From IMG/VR virus record IMGVR_UViG_2526164667_000037: a stretch of DNA of 31,081 bases. One strand, 5' to 3'. This document shows positions 17,688-25,545 of the stretch, piece after piece; position 1 is the first letter of the stretch; each line of letters opens with the position of its first letter. A model generated the notes under the pieces. It was given only the letters and a program-made list of their open reading frames with translations, was not told the origin of the DNA and searched no databases. A program made the translations under genes and the position numbers. Source of the stretch: a virus. Its lineage: Duplodnaviria > Heunggongvirae > Uroviricota > Caudoviricetes.

Positions 17688-18323
17688 ATGAACACTCTCG
17701 CAAATATTCAGGAACTCGCGCGCGCACTGCGCAACATGATTCGCACCGGCATTATCGTCGAAACCGACCTTAACGCCGGTCGCTGCCGTGTGCAGACCGG
17801 CGGCATGTGCACCGACTGGCTTCAGTGGCTGACCTGTCGTGCCGGGCGTTCGCGCACATGGTGGGCACCTTCCGTGGGGGAGCAGGTGCTGATTCTGGCC
17901 GTGGGCGGTGAACTTGACACGGCGTTTGTTCTGCCGGGGATTTATTCCGGCGATAACCCCGCGCCGTCTGCGTCGGCGGATGCCCTGCATATCCGTTTCC
18001 CTGACGGGGCGGTGATTGAGTATGAACCCGAAACCAGTGCACTCACGGTAAGCGGAATTAAAACGGCCAGCGTGACGGCTGCTGATTCTGTTACTGCCAC
18101 GGTGCCGGTGGTCATGGTGAAAGCGTCAACCCGCATCACCCTGGACACACCGGAGGTGGTCTGCACCAACAGGCTGATTACCGGCACGCTGGAAGTTCAG
18201 AAGGGCGGAACGATGCACGGCAACATTGAACACACCGGCGGTGAACTCTCATCAAACGGTAAGGTACTGCACACCCATAAACACCCCGGCGACAGCGGCG
18301 GCACAACCGGGAGTCCTCTATGA
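17688..18323 (+). CDS. V: Baseplate spike/assembly protein V (211 aa)
   Basis: Length and position as P2 V. Confidence 0.9.
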   Translation: MNTLANIQELARALRNMIRTGIIVETDLNAGRCRVQTGGMCTDWLQWLTCRAGRSRTWWAPSVGEQVLILAVGGELDTAFVLPGIYSGDNPAPSASADALHIRFPDGAVIEYEPETSALTVSGIKTASVTAADSVTATVPVVMVKASTRITLDTPEVVCTNRLITGTLEVQKGGTMHGNIEHTGGELSSNGKVLHTHKHPGDSGGTTGSPL

Positions 18324-18667
18324 CAGCGCGTTATCTCGGAATGAATCGCAGTGATGGCCTGACGGTCACTGACCTCGAGCATATCAGCCAGAGTATCGGC
18401 GATATCCTGCGCACACCAGTCGGCTCACGGGTGATGCGTCGTGATTACGGCTCGTTGCTGGCGTCAATGATTGACCAGCCGCAGACTCCGGCGCTTGAGT
18501 TGCAGATTAAGGTCGCCTGTTACATGGCAGTGCTGAAATGGGAACCCCGCGTCACCCTGTCATCCGTCACCACGGCGCGCAGTTTTGACGGGCGAATGAC
18601 AGTTACGTTAACCGGCCAGCACAACGACACCGGCCAGCCACTTTCGTTAACCATCCCTGTGAGTTGA
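18320..18667 (+). CDS. W: Baseplate wedge protein W (115 aa)
   Basis: Length and position as P2 W. Confidence 0.9.
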   Translation: MTARYLGMNRSDGLTVTDLEHISQSIGDILRTPVGSRVMRRDYGSLLASMIDQPQTPALELQIKVACYMAVLKWEPRVTLSSVTTARSFDGRMTVTLTGQHNDTGQPLSLTIPVS

Positions 18668-18671
18668 AACC

Positions 18672-19580
18672 ATGCCGATTATCGACCTGAACCAGCTACC
18701 TGCACCGGATGTGGTCGAGGAGCTGGACTTTGAAACCATTCTTGCCGAACGCAAGGCGACACTGATTTCCCTTTACCCGGAAGACCAGCAGGAGGCGGTC
18801 GCCCGTACCCTGACGCTGGAATCCGAGCCTCTCGTCAAACTGCTGGAGGAAAATGCTTATCGCGAGCTTATCTGGCGTCAGCGTGTGAATGAGGCCGCAC
18901 GGGCGGTAATGCTGGCCTGTGCTGCCGGTAATGACCTTGATGTGATTGGTGCCAATTACAACACCACGCGCCTGACTATCACCCCGGCAGATGATTCGAC
19001 TATCCCGCCGACACCGGCAGTGATGGAGTCTGACACCGATTATCGTCTGCGTATTCAGCAGGCGTTTGAGGGCTTAAGCGTCGCCGGGTCGGTGGGAGCC
19101 TATCAGTATCATGGTCGCAGTGCTGACGGGCGTGTCGCGGATATTTCTGTCACCAGTCCGTCTCCGGCCTGCGTCACCATCTCTGTGCTGTCACGTGAAA
19201 ATAACGGTGTCGCATCCGAAGACCTGCTGGCCGTGGTGCGTAACGCCCTTAATGGCGAGGACGTCAGGCCGGTGGCCGACCGCGTGACCGTGCAGTCTGC
19301 CGCCATTGTTGAATACCAGATAAACGCCACGCTTTACCTTTACCCTGGTCCCGAAAGCGAACCCATCCGCGCCGCCGCCGTGAAAAAACTGGAAGCGTAC
19401 ATCACGGCACAGCACCGGCTGGGGCGCGACATCCGTCTGTCTGCCATTTATGCCGCTTTGCATGTGGAAGGCGTGCAGCGTGTCGAACTGGCTGCACCGC
19501 TGGCTGACATCGTGCTCAACAGTACGCAGGCGTCTTTCTGTACCGAATACCGCGTCGTGACCGGAGGCTCGGATGAGTGA
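18672..19580 (+). CDS. J: Baseplate protein J (302 aa)
   Basis: Length and position as P2 J. Confidence 0.9.
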   Translation: MPIIDLNQLPAPDVVEELDFETILAERKATLISLYPEDQQEAVARTLTLESEPLVKLLEENAYRELIWRQRVNEAARAVMLACAAGNDLDVIGANYNTTRLTITPADDSTIPPTPAVMESDTDYRLRIQQAFEGLSVAGSVGAYQYHGRSADGRVADISVTSPSPACVTISVLSRENNGVASEDLLAVVRNALNGEDVRPVADRVTVQSAAIVEYQINATLYLYPGPESEPIRAAAVKKLEAYITAQHRLGRDIRLSAIYAALHVEGVQRVELAAPLADIVLNSTQASFCTEYRVVTGGSDE

Positions 19581-20184
19581 TTCGCGACTGCTGCCGACCG
19601 GCTCATCACCGCTTGAAGTTGCCGCCGCAAAAGCCTGTGCGGAAATTGAAAAAACGCCGGTCAGTATTCGTGAGCTGTGGAACCCGGATATCTGTCCGGC
19701 AAATCTGCTGCCGTGGCTGGCGTGGTCATTTTCGGTTGACCGCTGGGATGATAAGTGGCCGGAAGCGACAAAACGCGCTGTTATCCGCGATGCGTATTTC
19801 ATTCACTGCCATAAGGGCACTATTGGTGCGATTCGCCGTGTGGTGGAGCCGCTCGGCTATCTGATTGAGGTGAGGGAGTGGTGGCAGCTCAACGAGGAGC
19901 CGGGGACGTTCCGCATCGTTGTTGGCGTGCTTGAGCAGGGTATTACCGAGGAAATGTATCAGGAGCTGGAGCGTCTCGTTGCTGATGCAAAACCTGCAAG
20001 CCGCCATCTGACGGGACTGGCTATCAGTTTAAGTACAACCGGCAACATTTTTGCCGGTGCGGGATGCTATCACGGTGACGCCCTGACGGTTTATCCCTAC
20101 ACCCCGGAGGCCATTATTGTCGGAGGGGATTATTTCCCGGCCTCGGCCATTCATTTAATTGATAACCTGAGAGTAAACGCATGA
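19573..20184 (+). CDS. I: Baseplate protein I
   Basis: ORF overlapping the J stop; position as P2 I; exact start uncertain (the ORF is longer than the P2 I length I recall). Confidence 0.85.
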   Translation: MSDSRLLPTGSSPLEVAAAKACAEIEKTPVSIRELWNPDICPANLLPWLAWSFSVDRWDDKWPEATKRAVIRDAYFIHCHKGTIGAIRRVVEPLGYLIEVREWWQLNEEPGTFRIVVGVLEQGITEEMYQELERLVADAKPASRHLTGLAISLSTTGNIFAGAGCYHGDALTVYPYTPEAIIVGGDYFPASAIHLIDNLRVNA

Positions 20185-21518
20185 CAGTGAAATACTACGC
20201 CATTCTGACTAATCAGGGCGCGGCACGGCTGGCTAACGCGACGATGCTCGGCAGTAAGCTGAATCTGACGCAAATGGCCGTTGGTGATGCGAATGGTGTC
20301 TTGCCGACACCAGACCCGGCACAGACAAAACTGATTAACCAGAAACGCATCGCGCCGCTGAATCTTCTGAGTGTTGACCCGAACAACCAGAGCCAGATTA
20401 TTGCGGAGCAAATCATCCCTGAGAACGAGGGCGGATTCTGGATCCGTGAGATTGGGCTTTATGATGATGAAGGCGTACTCATTGCGGTGGCGAACTGCCC
20501 GGAAACGTACAAACCGCAGTTGCAGGAAGGCAGCGGTCGTACCCAGACTATCCGCATGATTCTGGTTGTCACGAATACCGAAGCCATCACGCTGAAAATC
20601 GACCCGTCGGTGGTACTGGCGACCCGTAAATACGTGGATGATGAAGTCCTGGAATTAAAGCTGTATGTGGATGACCAGATGAGAAACCACATTGCCGCAC
20701 AGGATCCTCATACCCAGTATGCACAGAAACATAATCCGACATTTACCGGAGAACCAAAAGCGCCGACGCCTGCCGCAGGAAATAACACCACGCGGATTGC
20801 GACCACTGCGTTTGTACAGGCCGCTATTACCGCTCTGATTAACGGTGCGCCTGCCACGCTGGATACACTGAAAGAAATTGCCGCAGCCATTAACAATGAC
20901 CCGAAATTCAGCACCACCATTAACAATGCGCTGTCAGGTAAGCAGCCACTGGATGAGACGCTGACTCATTTGAGTGGGAAGGATGTTGCCGGTCTTCTCG
21001 CATACCTTGGTTTGGGAGAAGGCTCTGCATTACCTGTCGGTGTGCCTGTTCCGTGGCCTTCCGCCACTCCGCCGACAGGCTGGCTAAAATGCAATGGTGC
21101 GGCTTTTTCTGCTGAAGAATACCCGGAACTGGCAAAGGCTTACCCGACAAATAAATTGCCTGATTTACGCGGTGAATTTATTCGTGGCTGGGATGATGGG
21201 CGTAGTGCGGATGCGGGGAGAACAATATTATCCGCTCAGGGCGATGCCATACGTAATATCTATGGTGAGTTCAAGACTGTAAACACCGAAAATTATTCAA
21301 TATGGGAATCAGTAGGCTCGTTTAAGGGGGCAGTGGTGCCTTTGAACCCCTCAACGAACAATAGTTATTTCTCCTTAGTCAGAAGTATGGTGACAGAAAG
21401 GTCCGAGGGCGGTGTTTACCCAAAAGTGATTGGCCTTGATGCTTCAAGAATTGTTCCAACTGCAAACGAAAATCGACCCCGTAACATTGCCTTTAATTAT
21501 ATCGTGAGGGCTGCCTGA
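20181..21518 (+). CDS. H: Tail fibre protein (445 aa): P2 H-like N-terminal anchor, non-P2 C-terminal receptor-binding part with tail-collar-like motif
   Basis: N-terminal part is H-family-like; C-terminal part (VPWPSATPPTGWLKCNGAAFSAEEYPELAKAYP...LPDLRGEFIRGWDDGR) resembles the phage tail-collar domain; much shorter than P2 H; spans crossover site 20994-21019. Confidence 0.85.
   Translation: MTVKYYAILTNQGAARLANATMLGSKLNLTQMAVGDANGVLPTPDPAQTKLINQKRIAPLNLLSVDPNNQSQIIAEQIIPENEGGFWIREIGLYDDEGVLIAVANCPETYKPQLQEGSGRTQTIRMILVVTNTEAITLKIDPSVVLATRKYVDDEVLELKLYVDDQMRNHIAAQDPHTQYAQKHNPTFTGEPKAPTPAAGNNTTRIATTAFVQAAITALINGAPATLDTLKEIAAAINNDPKFSTTINNALSGKQPLDETLTHLSGKDVAGLLAYLGLGEGSALPVGVPVPWPSATPPTGWLKCNGAAFSAEEYPELAKAYPTNKLPDLRGEFIRGWDDGRSADAGRTILSAQGDAIRNIYGEFKTVNTENYSIWESVGSFKGAVVPLNPSTNNSYFSLVRSMVTERSEGGVYPKVIGLDASRIVPTANENRPRNIAFNYIVRAA
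20994..21019. repeat. Inversion crossover site, left (hix/gix/cix-like 26-bp site inside the tail-fibre gene)
   Basis: TTCTCGCATACCTTGGTTTGGGAGAA; 21 of 26 positions match the reverse complement of 22606-22631, with a perfect shared 14-bp block TTGGTTTGGGAGAA; encodes GLGE at the constant/variable junction. Confidence 0.75.
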
Positions 21519-22123
21519 TGGATAAAGCTATATTAAATAAGGAACTCATCGCCACAAAGGCGGGAGATATTACCGTTTATAATTATGATGGTGAAACACG
21601 AGAATATATTTTCACATCAACCGAATATCTTGCTGTGGGTGTCGGTATCCCGGCATGTTCCTGTTTAGATGCTCCTGGCTCATATAAAGCTGGTTATGCA
21701 ATTTGCCGTTCTGCAGATTTTAACTCATGGGAATATGTGCCAGACCATCGCGGTGAAATCGTCTATAGCACCGAAACAGGAGAATCAAAAGAAATCACAG
21801 CTCCGGGTGATTACCCTGAAAAGACAACCACTATCGCCCCGTTAACGCCATACGATAAATGGGATGGTGAGAAATGGGTGACGGATACCGAGGCACAGCA
21901 TAGAGCAGCAGTAGACATGGCAGAAACACAGCGGCAGTCGCTGATTGATGCTGCAATGGTTTCCATTAGTCTGATTCAACTGAAATTGCAGGCCGGGCGG
22001 AAGCTGACGCAGGCAGAAAACACCCGACTTAACGCCGTGCTGGATTACACTGACGCGGTGATGGCAACAGATACCAGCACCGCGCCAGATGTCATCTGGC
22101 CAGTTCCTCCTGAGACGGTTTAA
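21518..22123 (+). CDS. Tail fibre assembly chaperone (Tfa, functional analogue of P2 G), 201 aa
   Basis: Immediately downstream of the tail fibre gene; C-terminal region ending ...PDVIWPVPPE is typical of Tfa chaperones. Confidence 0.75.
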   Translation: MDKAILNKELIATKAGDITVYNYDGETREYIFTSTEYLAVGVGIPACSCLDAPGSYKAGYAICRSADFNSWEYVPDHRGEIVYSTETGESKEITAPGDYPEKTTTIAPLTPYDKWDGEKWVTDTEAQHRAAVDMAETQRQSLIDAAMVSISLIQLKLQAGRKLTQAENTRLNAVLDYTDAVMATDTSTAPDVIWPVPPETV

Positions 22124-22289
22124 TCTCAATCAGAATGGGTTCTCCCTTCTCGTTAACAGATATTTCCATTCCTTCAGGGATTTCAGATGCAGTAAAAAAC
22201 CAGTTATCTTCTGGTAATTCAACAGCCCCGGTCACGTCATGAAGACCGGGGATTACTTCAGTCAAAGTAACAGGATTAAACAGGCGCAC
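22092..22289 (-). CDS. Putative alternative small tail-fibre-assembly protein (Tfa') inside the invertible segment
   Basis: Reverse ORF; best start is GTG 22289 with GGAGG 7 nt upstream, just after the alternative fibre cassette stop (an ATG at 22379 gives a 95-aa version); its 3' end overlaps the forward Tfa by 32 bp; function inferred from position only. Confidence 0.3.
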   Translation of the reverse strand: MRLFNPVTLTEVIPGLHDVTGAVELPEDNWFFTASEIPEGMEISVNEKGEPILIEIKPSQEELAR

Positions 22290-22605
22290 AATAAACCCTC
22301 CAGGAAAAAGCACTTGTTGATGGTGTTCCGTCGTACATCTGGCAGCGGACATAAAAACCGGTATTAGTGACCTGGTCATCCACGATCATTGAAACGTGAA
22401 CGTTATTAGATGTGCCCCCATAATCCGTTCCTATTCTTTCCGCTATGCTGATAAAACGTGAAAGCTTAGGTAGCGCAATTGGATAAACGACTTTAGCCAG
22501 TCCATTATCATTAGAACCCCCCGTTCCAAAGACTTCTATTGCACCATCTGACCAGCGTATCCACGCACCATTGGCATTAGCTCCTCGCTGAATGACATAT
22601 CTGGC
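22276..22605 (-). CDS. Promoterless alternative tail-fibre C-terminal cassette (S'v-like), silent in this orientation
   Basis: Reverse frame runs through the right crossover site encoding the same GLGE junction as the tail fibre gene, then about 108 aa of different sequence (ARYVIQRGANANGAWIRWSDGAIEVFGTGG...); inversion would fuse it to H residues 1-279. Confidence 0.6.
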   Translation of the reverse strand, partial: ARYVIQRGANANGAWIRWSDGAIEVFGTGGSNDNGLAKVVYPIALPKLSRFISIAERIGTDYGGTSNNVHVSMIVDDQVTNTGFYVRCQMYDGTPSTSAFSWRVYCAPV

Positions 22606-22631
22606 TTCTCCCAAACCAACGTTTAAGAAAA
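22606..22631. repeat. Inversion crossover site, right (hix/gix/cix-like)
   Basis: TTCTCCCAAACCAACGTTTAAGAAAA, inverted relative to 20994-21019; about 55 bp upstream of the invertase gene. Confidence 0.75.
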
Positions 22632-22686
22632 TGCAGAGATTATGGCTAACTGGCATCATCTCCGGTTTTTATTCAGGGGGATGCTC

Positions 22687-23280
22687 ATGCTTATTGGCTA
22701 TGTACGCGTGTCAACAAATGACCAGAACACGGAATTGCAGCGTAATGCGCTGGAGTGCGCAGGATGCGAGCGGATTTTTGAGGATAAAATCAGCGGCACG
22801 AAGTCCGACCGACCGGGACTGAAAAAACTGCTCAGAACATTATCAGCAGGTGACACTCTGGTGGTCTGGAAGCTGGACAGGCTGGGGCGTAGTATGCGGC
22901 ATCTGGTCATTCTGGTTGAGGAACTGCGCGAACGCGGCGTTAATTTTCGCAGCCTGACGGATGCTATTGATACCAGCACGCCGATGGGGCGTTTTTTCTT
23001 TCATGTGATGGGTGCCCTGGCTGAAATGGAGCGAGAACTCATTGTCGAGCGGACACGCGCCGGACTGGAAGCGGCCAGAGCCAAAGGTCGTATTGGTGGC
23101 AGACGACCGAAACTCACTGCGGGTGAGTGGGAGCAGGTCGGACGGTTGCTGGCTGCGGGGGAATCTCGTCAACGTGTGGCGCTGATTTTTGATATTGGTC
23201 TGTCCACGCTCTATAAAAAATTCCCCTCATCAGCGACAAAGAATAAATTGTGTCATCCCTTAGCCAACCGGGACAAATAG
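22687..23280 (+). CDS. Serine DNA invertase (Gin/Pin/Cin/Hin family), about 197 aa
   Basis: Start MLIGYVRVSTNDQNTELQRNALECAGCERIFEDK...; catalytic-Ser N-terminal domain and C-terminal HTH (GLSTLYKK) closely resemble Mu Gin as I recall it; the upstream ORF extension from 22642 is rejected. Confidence 0.9.
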   Translation: MLIGYVRVSTNDQNTELQRNALECAGCERIFEDKISGTKSDRPGLKKLLRTLSAGDTLVVWKLDRLGRSMRHLVILVEELRERGVNFRSLTDAIDTSTPMGRFFFHVMGALAEMERELIVERTRAGLEAARAKGRIGGRRPKLTAGEWEQVGRLLAAGESRQRVALIFDIGLSTLYKKFPSSATKNKLCHPLANRDK

Positions 23281-23339
23281 CCTGACATCTCCGGCACAAC
23301 TGAAAATACCACTCACCCATTAACCACGGAGTTAAACGG

Positions 23340-24530
23340 ATGAGTGACTATCATCACGGCGTGCAGGTGCTGGAGATTAACGACGGCACCCGCGTCATTT
23401 CCACCGTATCCACCGCCATTGTTGGCATGGTCTGCACGGCCAGCGATGCGGATGCGGAAACCTTCCCCGTCAATAAACCGGTGCTGATCACCAATGTGCA
23501 GAGCGCGATTGCAAAGGCCGGTAAAAAAGGCACGCTGGCGGCATCGTTGCAGGCCATCGCTGACCAGTCAAAACCGGTCACCGTTGTCGTACGTGTGGAA
23601 GACGGCACCGGCGAAGACGAAGAAACGAAACTCGCGCAGACCGTTTCCAATATCATCGGCACCACCGACGAAAACGGTCAGTACACCGGACTGAAAGCCC
23701 TGCTGGCGGCGGAGTCAGTAACCGGTGTTAAACCGCGTATTCTCGGCGTGCCGGGACTGGACACCAAAGAGGTGGCTGTTGCACTGGCATCAGTCTGTCA
23801 GAAGCTGCGCGCTTTCGGGTATATCAGCGCATGGGGCTGTAAGACCATTTCCGAGGTGAAAGCCTACCGCCAGAATTTCAGCCAGCGTGAGCTGATGGTC
23901 ATCTGGCCGGATTTCCTCGCATGGGATACGGTCACCAGTACCACCGCCACCGCGTATGCCACCGCCCGTGCGCTGGGTCTGCGTGCCAAAATCGACCAGG
24001 AGCAGGGCTGGCATAAAACGCTGTCCAACGTCGGGGTAAACGGTGTTACCGGCATCAGTGCCTCTGTATTCTGGGATTTGCAGGAGTCCGGCACCGATGC
24101 TGACCTGTTGAACGAGTCAGGTGTCACAACGCTGATTCGCCGTGACGGTTTCCGCTTCTGGGGTAACCGTACCTGCTCTGATGACCCGCTGTTCCTTTTT
24201 GAAAACTACACCCGCACCGCGCAGGTGCTGGCCGACACGATGGCTGAGGCGCACATGTGGGCGGTGGACAAGCCCATCACCGCAACGCTGATTCGCGACA
24301 TCGTTGACGGCATCAATGCCAAATTCCGTGAGCTGAAAACAAACGGCTATATCGTGGATGCGACCTGCTGGTTCAGCGAAGAATCCAACGATGCGGAAAC
24401 CCTCAAGGCCGGAAAACTGTATATCGACTACGACTATACCCCGGTGCCTCCTCTTGAAAGCCTGACCCTGCGCCAGCGTATCACCGATAAATACCTGGCA
24501 AATCTGGTCACCTCGGTTAACAGCAATTAA
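23340..24530 (+). CDS. FI: Tail sheath protein (396 aa)
   Basis: Length and position as P2 FI. Confidence 0.95.
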   Translation: MSDYHHGVQVLEINDGTRVISTVSTAIVGMVCTASDADAETFPVNKPVLITNVQSAIAKAGKKGTLAASLQAIADQSKPVTVVVRVEDGTGEDEETKLAQTVSNIIGTTDENGQYTGLKALLAAESVTGVKPRILGVPGLDTKEVAVALASVCQKLRAFGYISAWGCKTISEVKAYRQNFSQRELMVIWPDFLAWDTVTSTTATAYATARALGLRAKIDQEQGWHKTLSNVGVNGVTGISASVFWDLQESGTDADLLNESGVTTLIRRDGFRFWGNRTCSDDPLFLFENYTRTAQVLADTMAEAHMWAVDKPITATLIRDIVDGINAKFRELKTNGYIVDATCWFSEESNDAETLKAGKLYIDYDYTPVPPLESLTLRQRITDKYLANLVTSVNSN

Positions 24531-24542
24531 GGAGCCTGACCG

Positions 24543-25061
24543 ATGGCAATGCCGCGCAAACTCAAGTTAATGAACGTCTTTCTGAACGGGTACAGCTATC
24601 AGGGCGTTGCAAAGTCCGTCACGCTGCCAAAACTGACCCGTAAGCTCGAAAACTATCGCGGTGCGGGGATGAACGGCAGCGCACCGGTAGACCTCGGCCT
24701 TGATGACGATGCGCTGTCAATGGAGTGGTCGCTCGGGGGCTTCCCGGATTCGGTTATCTGGGAGCTTTACGCCGCAACCGGTGTGGATGCTGTGCCGATT
24801 CGTTTTGCAGGCTCTTACCAGCGTGACGATACCGGCGAAACGGTGGCCGTCGAAGTGGTCATGCGTGGGCGTCAGAAAGAAATCGACACCGGCGAGGGTA
24901 AACAGGGAGAAGACACCGAGTCGAAAATCTCCGTGGTCTGCACCTATTTCCGGCTGACGATGGACGGTAAGGAGCTGGTCGAAATCGACACCATCAACAT
25001 GATTGAGAAGGTGAACGGCGTCGACCGGCTGGAGCAACACCGCCGCAATATCGGCCTGTGA
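24543..25061 (+). CDS. FII: Tail tube protein (172 aa)
   Basis: Length and position as P2 FII. Confidence 0.95.
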   Translation: MAMPRKLKLMNVFLNGYSYQGVAKSVTLPKLTRKLENYRGAGMNGSAPVDLGLDDDALSMEWSLGGFPDSVIWELYAATGVDAVPIRFAGSYQRDDTGETVAVEVVMRGRQKEIDTGEGKQGEDTESKISVVCTYFRLTMDGKELVEIDTINMIEKVNGVDRLEQHRRNIGL

Positions 25062-25117
25062 TTTTCATCCGGTCAGCCAGGCTGACCGGTTAACCCCGAT
25101 TCAGAAGTGAGAAAACC

Positions 25118-25393
25118 ATGAACAAAGAAAATGTGATTACCCTGGACAATCCGGTCAAGCGTGGTGAGCAGGTTATCGAACAGGTCACGCTGATGAAACC
25201 TAACGCTGGGACGCTGCGCGGTGTCAGTCTGGCTGCGGTTGCAAACTCCGAAGTCGATGCACTGATTAAAGTGCTGCCGCGCATGACGGCACCGATGCTG
25301 ACCGAGCAGGAAGTCGCCGCGCTGGAACTGCCTGACCTTGTGGCGCTGGCCGGTAAGGTGGTCGGTTTTTTGTCGCCGAACTCGGTGCAGTGA
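25118..25393 (+). CDS. E: Tail assembly chaperone E (91 aa)
   Basis: Length and position as P2 E; ends just after the slippery heptamer. Confidence 0.9.
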   Translation: MNKENVITLDNPVKRGEQVIEQVTLMKPNAGTLRGVSLAAVANSEVDALIKVLPRMTAPMLTEQEVAALELPDLVALAGKVVGFLSPNSVQ

Positions 25394-25545
25394 CGTTCCC
25401 GAAAAATCTCTCGGTCGATGACCTGATGGCGGATGTGGCAGTGATATTTCACTGGCCGCCATCAGAACTGTATCCCATGAGCCTGACCGAACTCATCACA
25501 TGGCGCGAAAAGGCGCTCCGGCGAAGCGGAAACACGAATGAGTAA
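25118..25545 (+). CDS. E': E+E' fusion made by programmed -1 frameshift at TTTTTTG (25366-25372), 142 aa
   Basis: The -1 frame is open from the slip site to TAA at 25543-25545; total length equals P2 E+E'; slippery sequence in X_XXY_YYZ register with the E frame. Confidence 0.75.
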
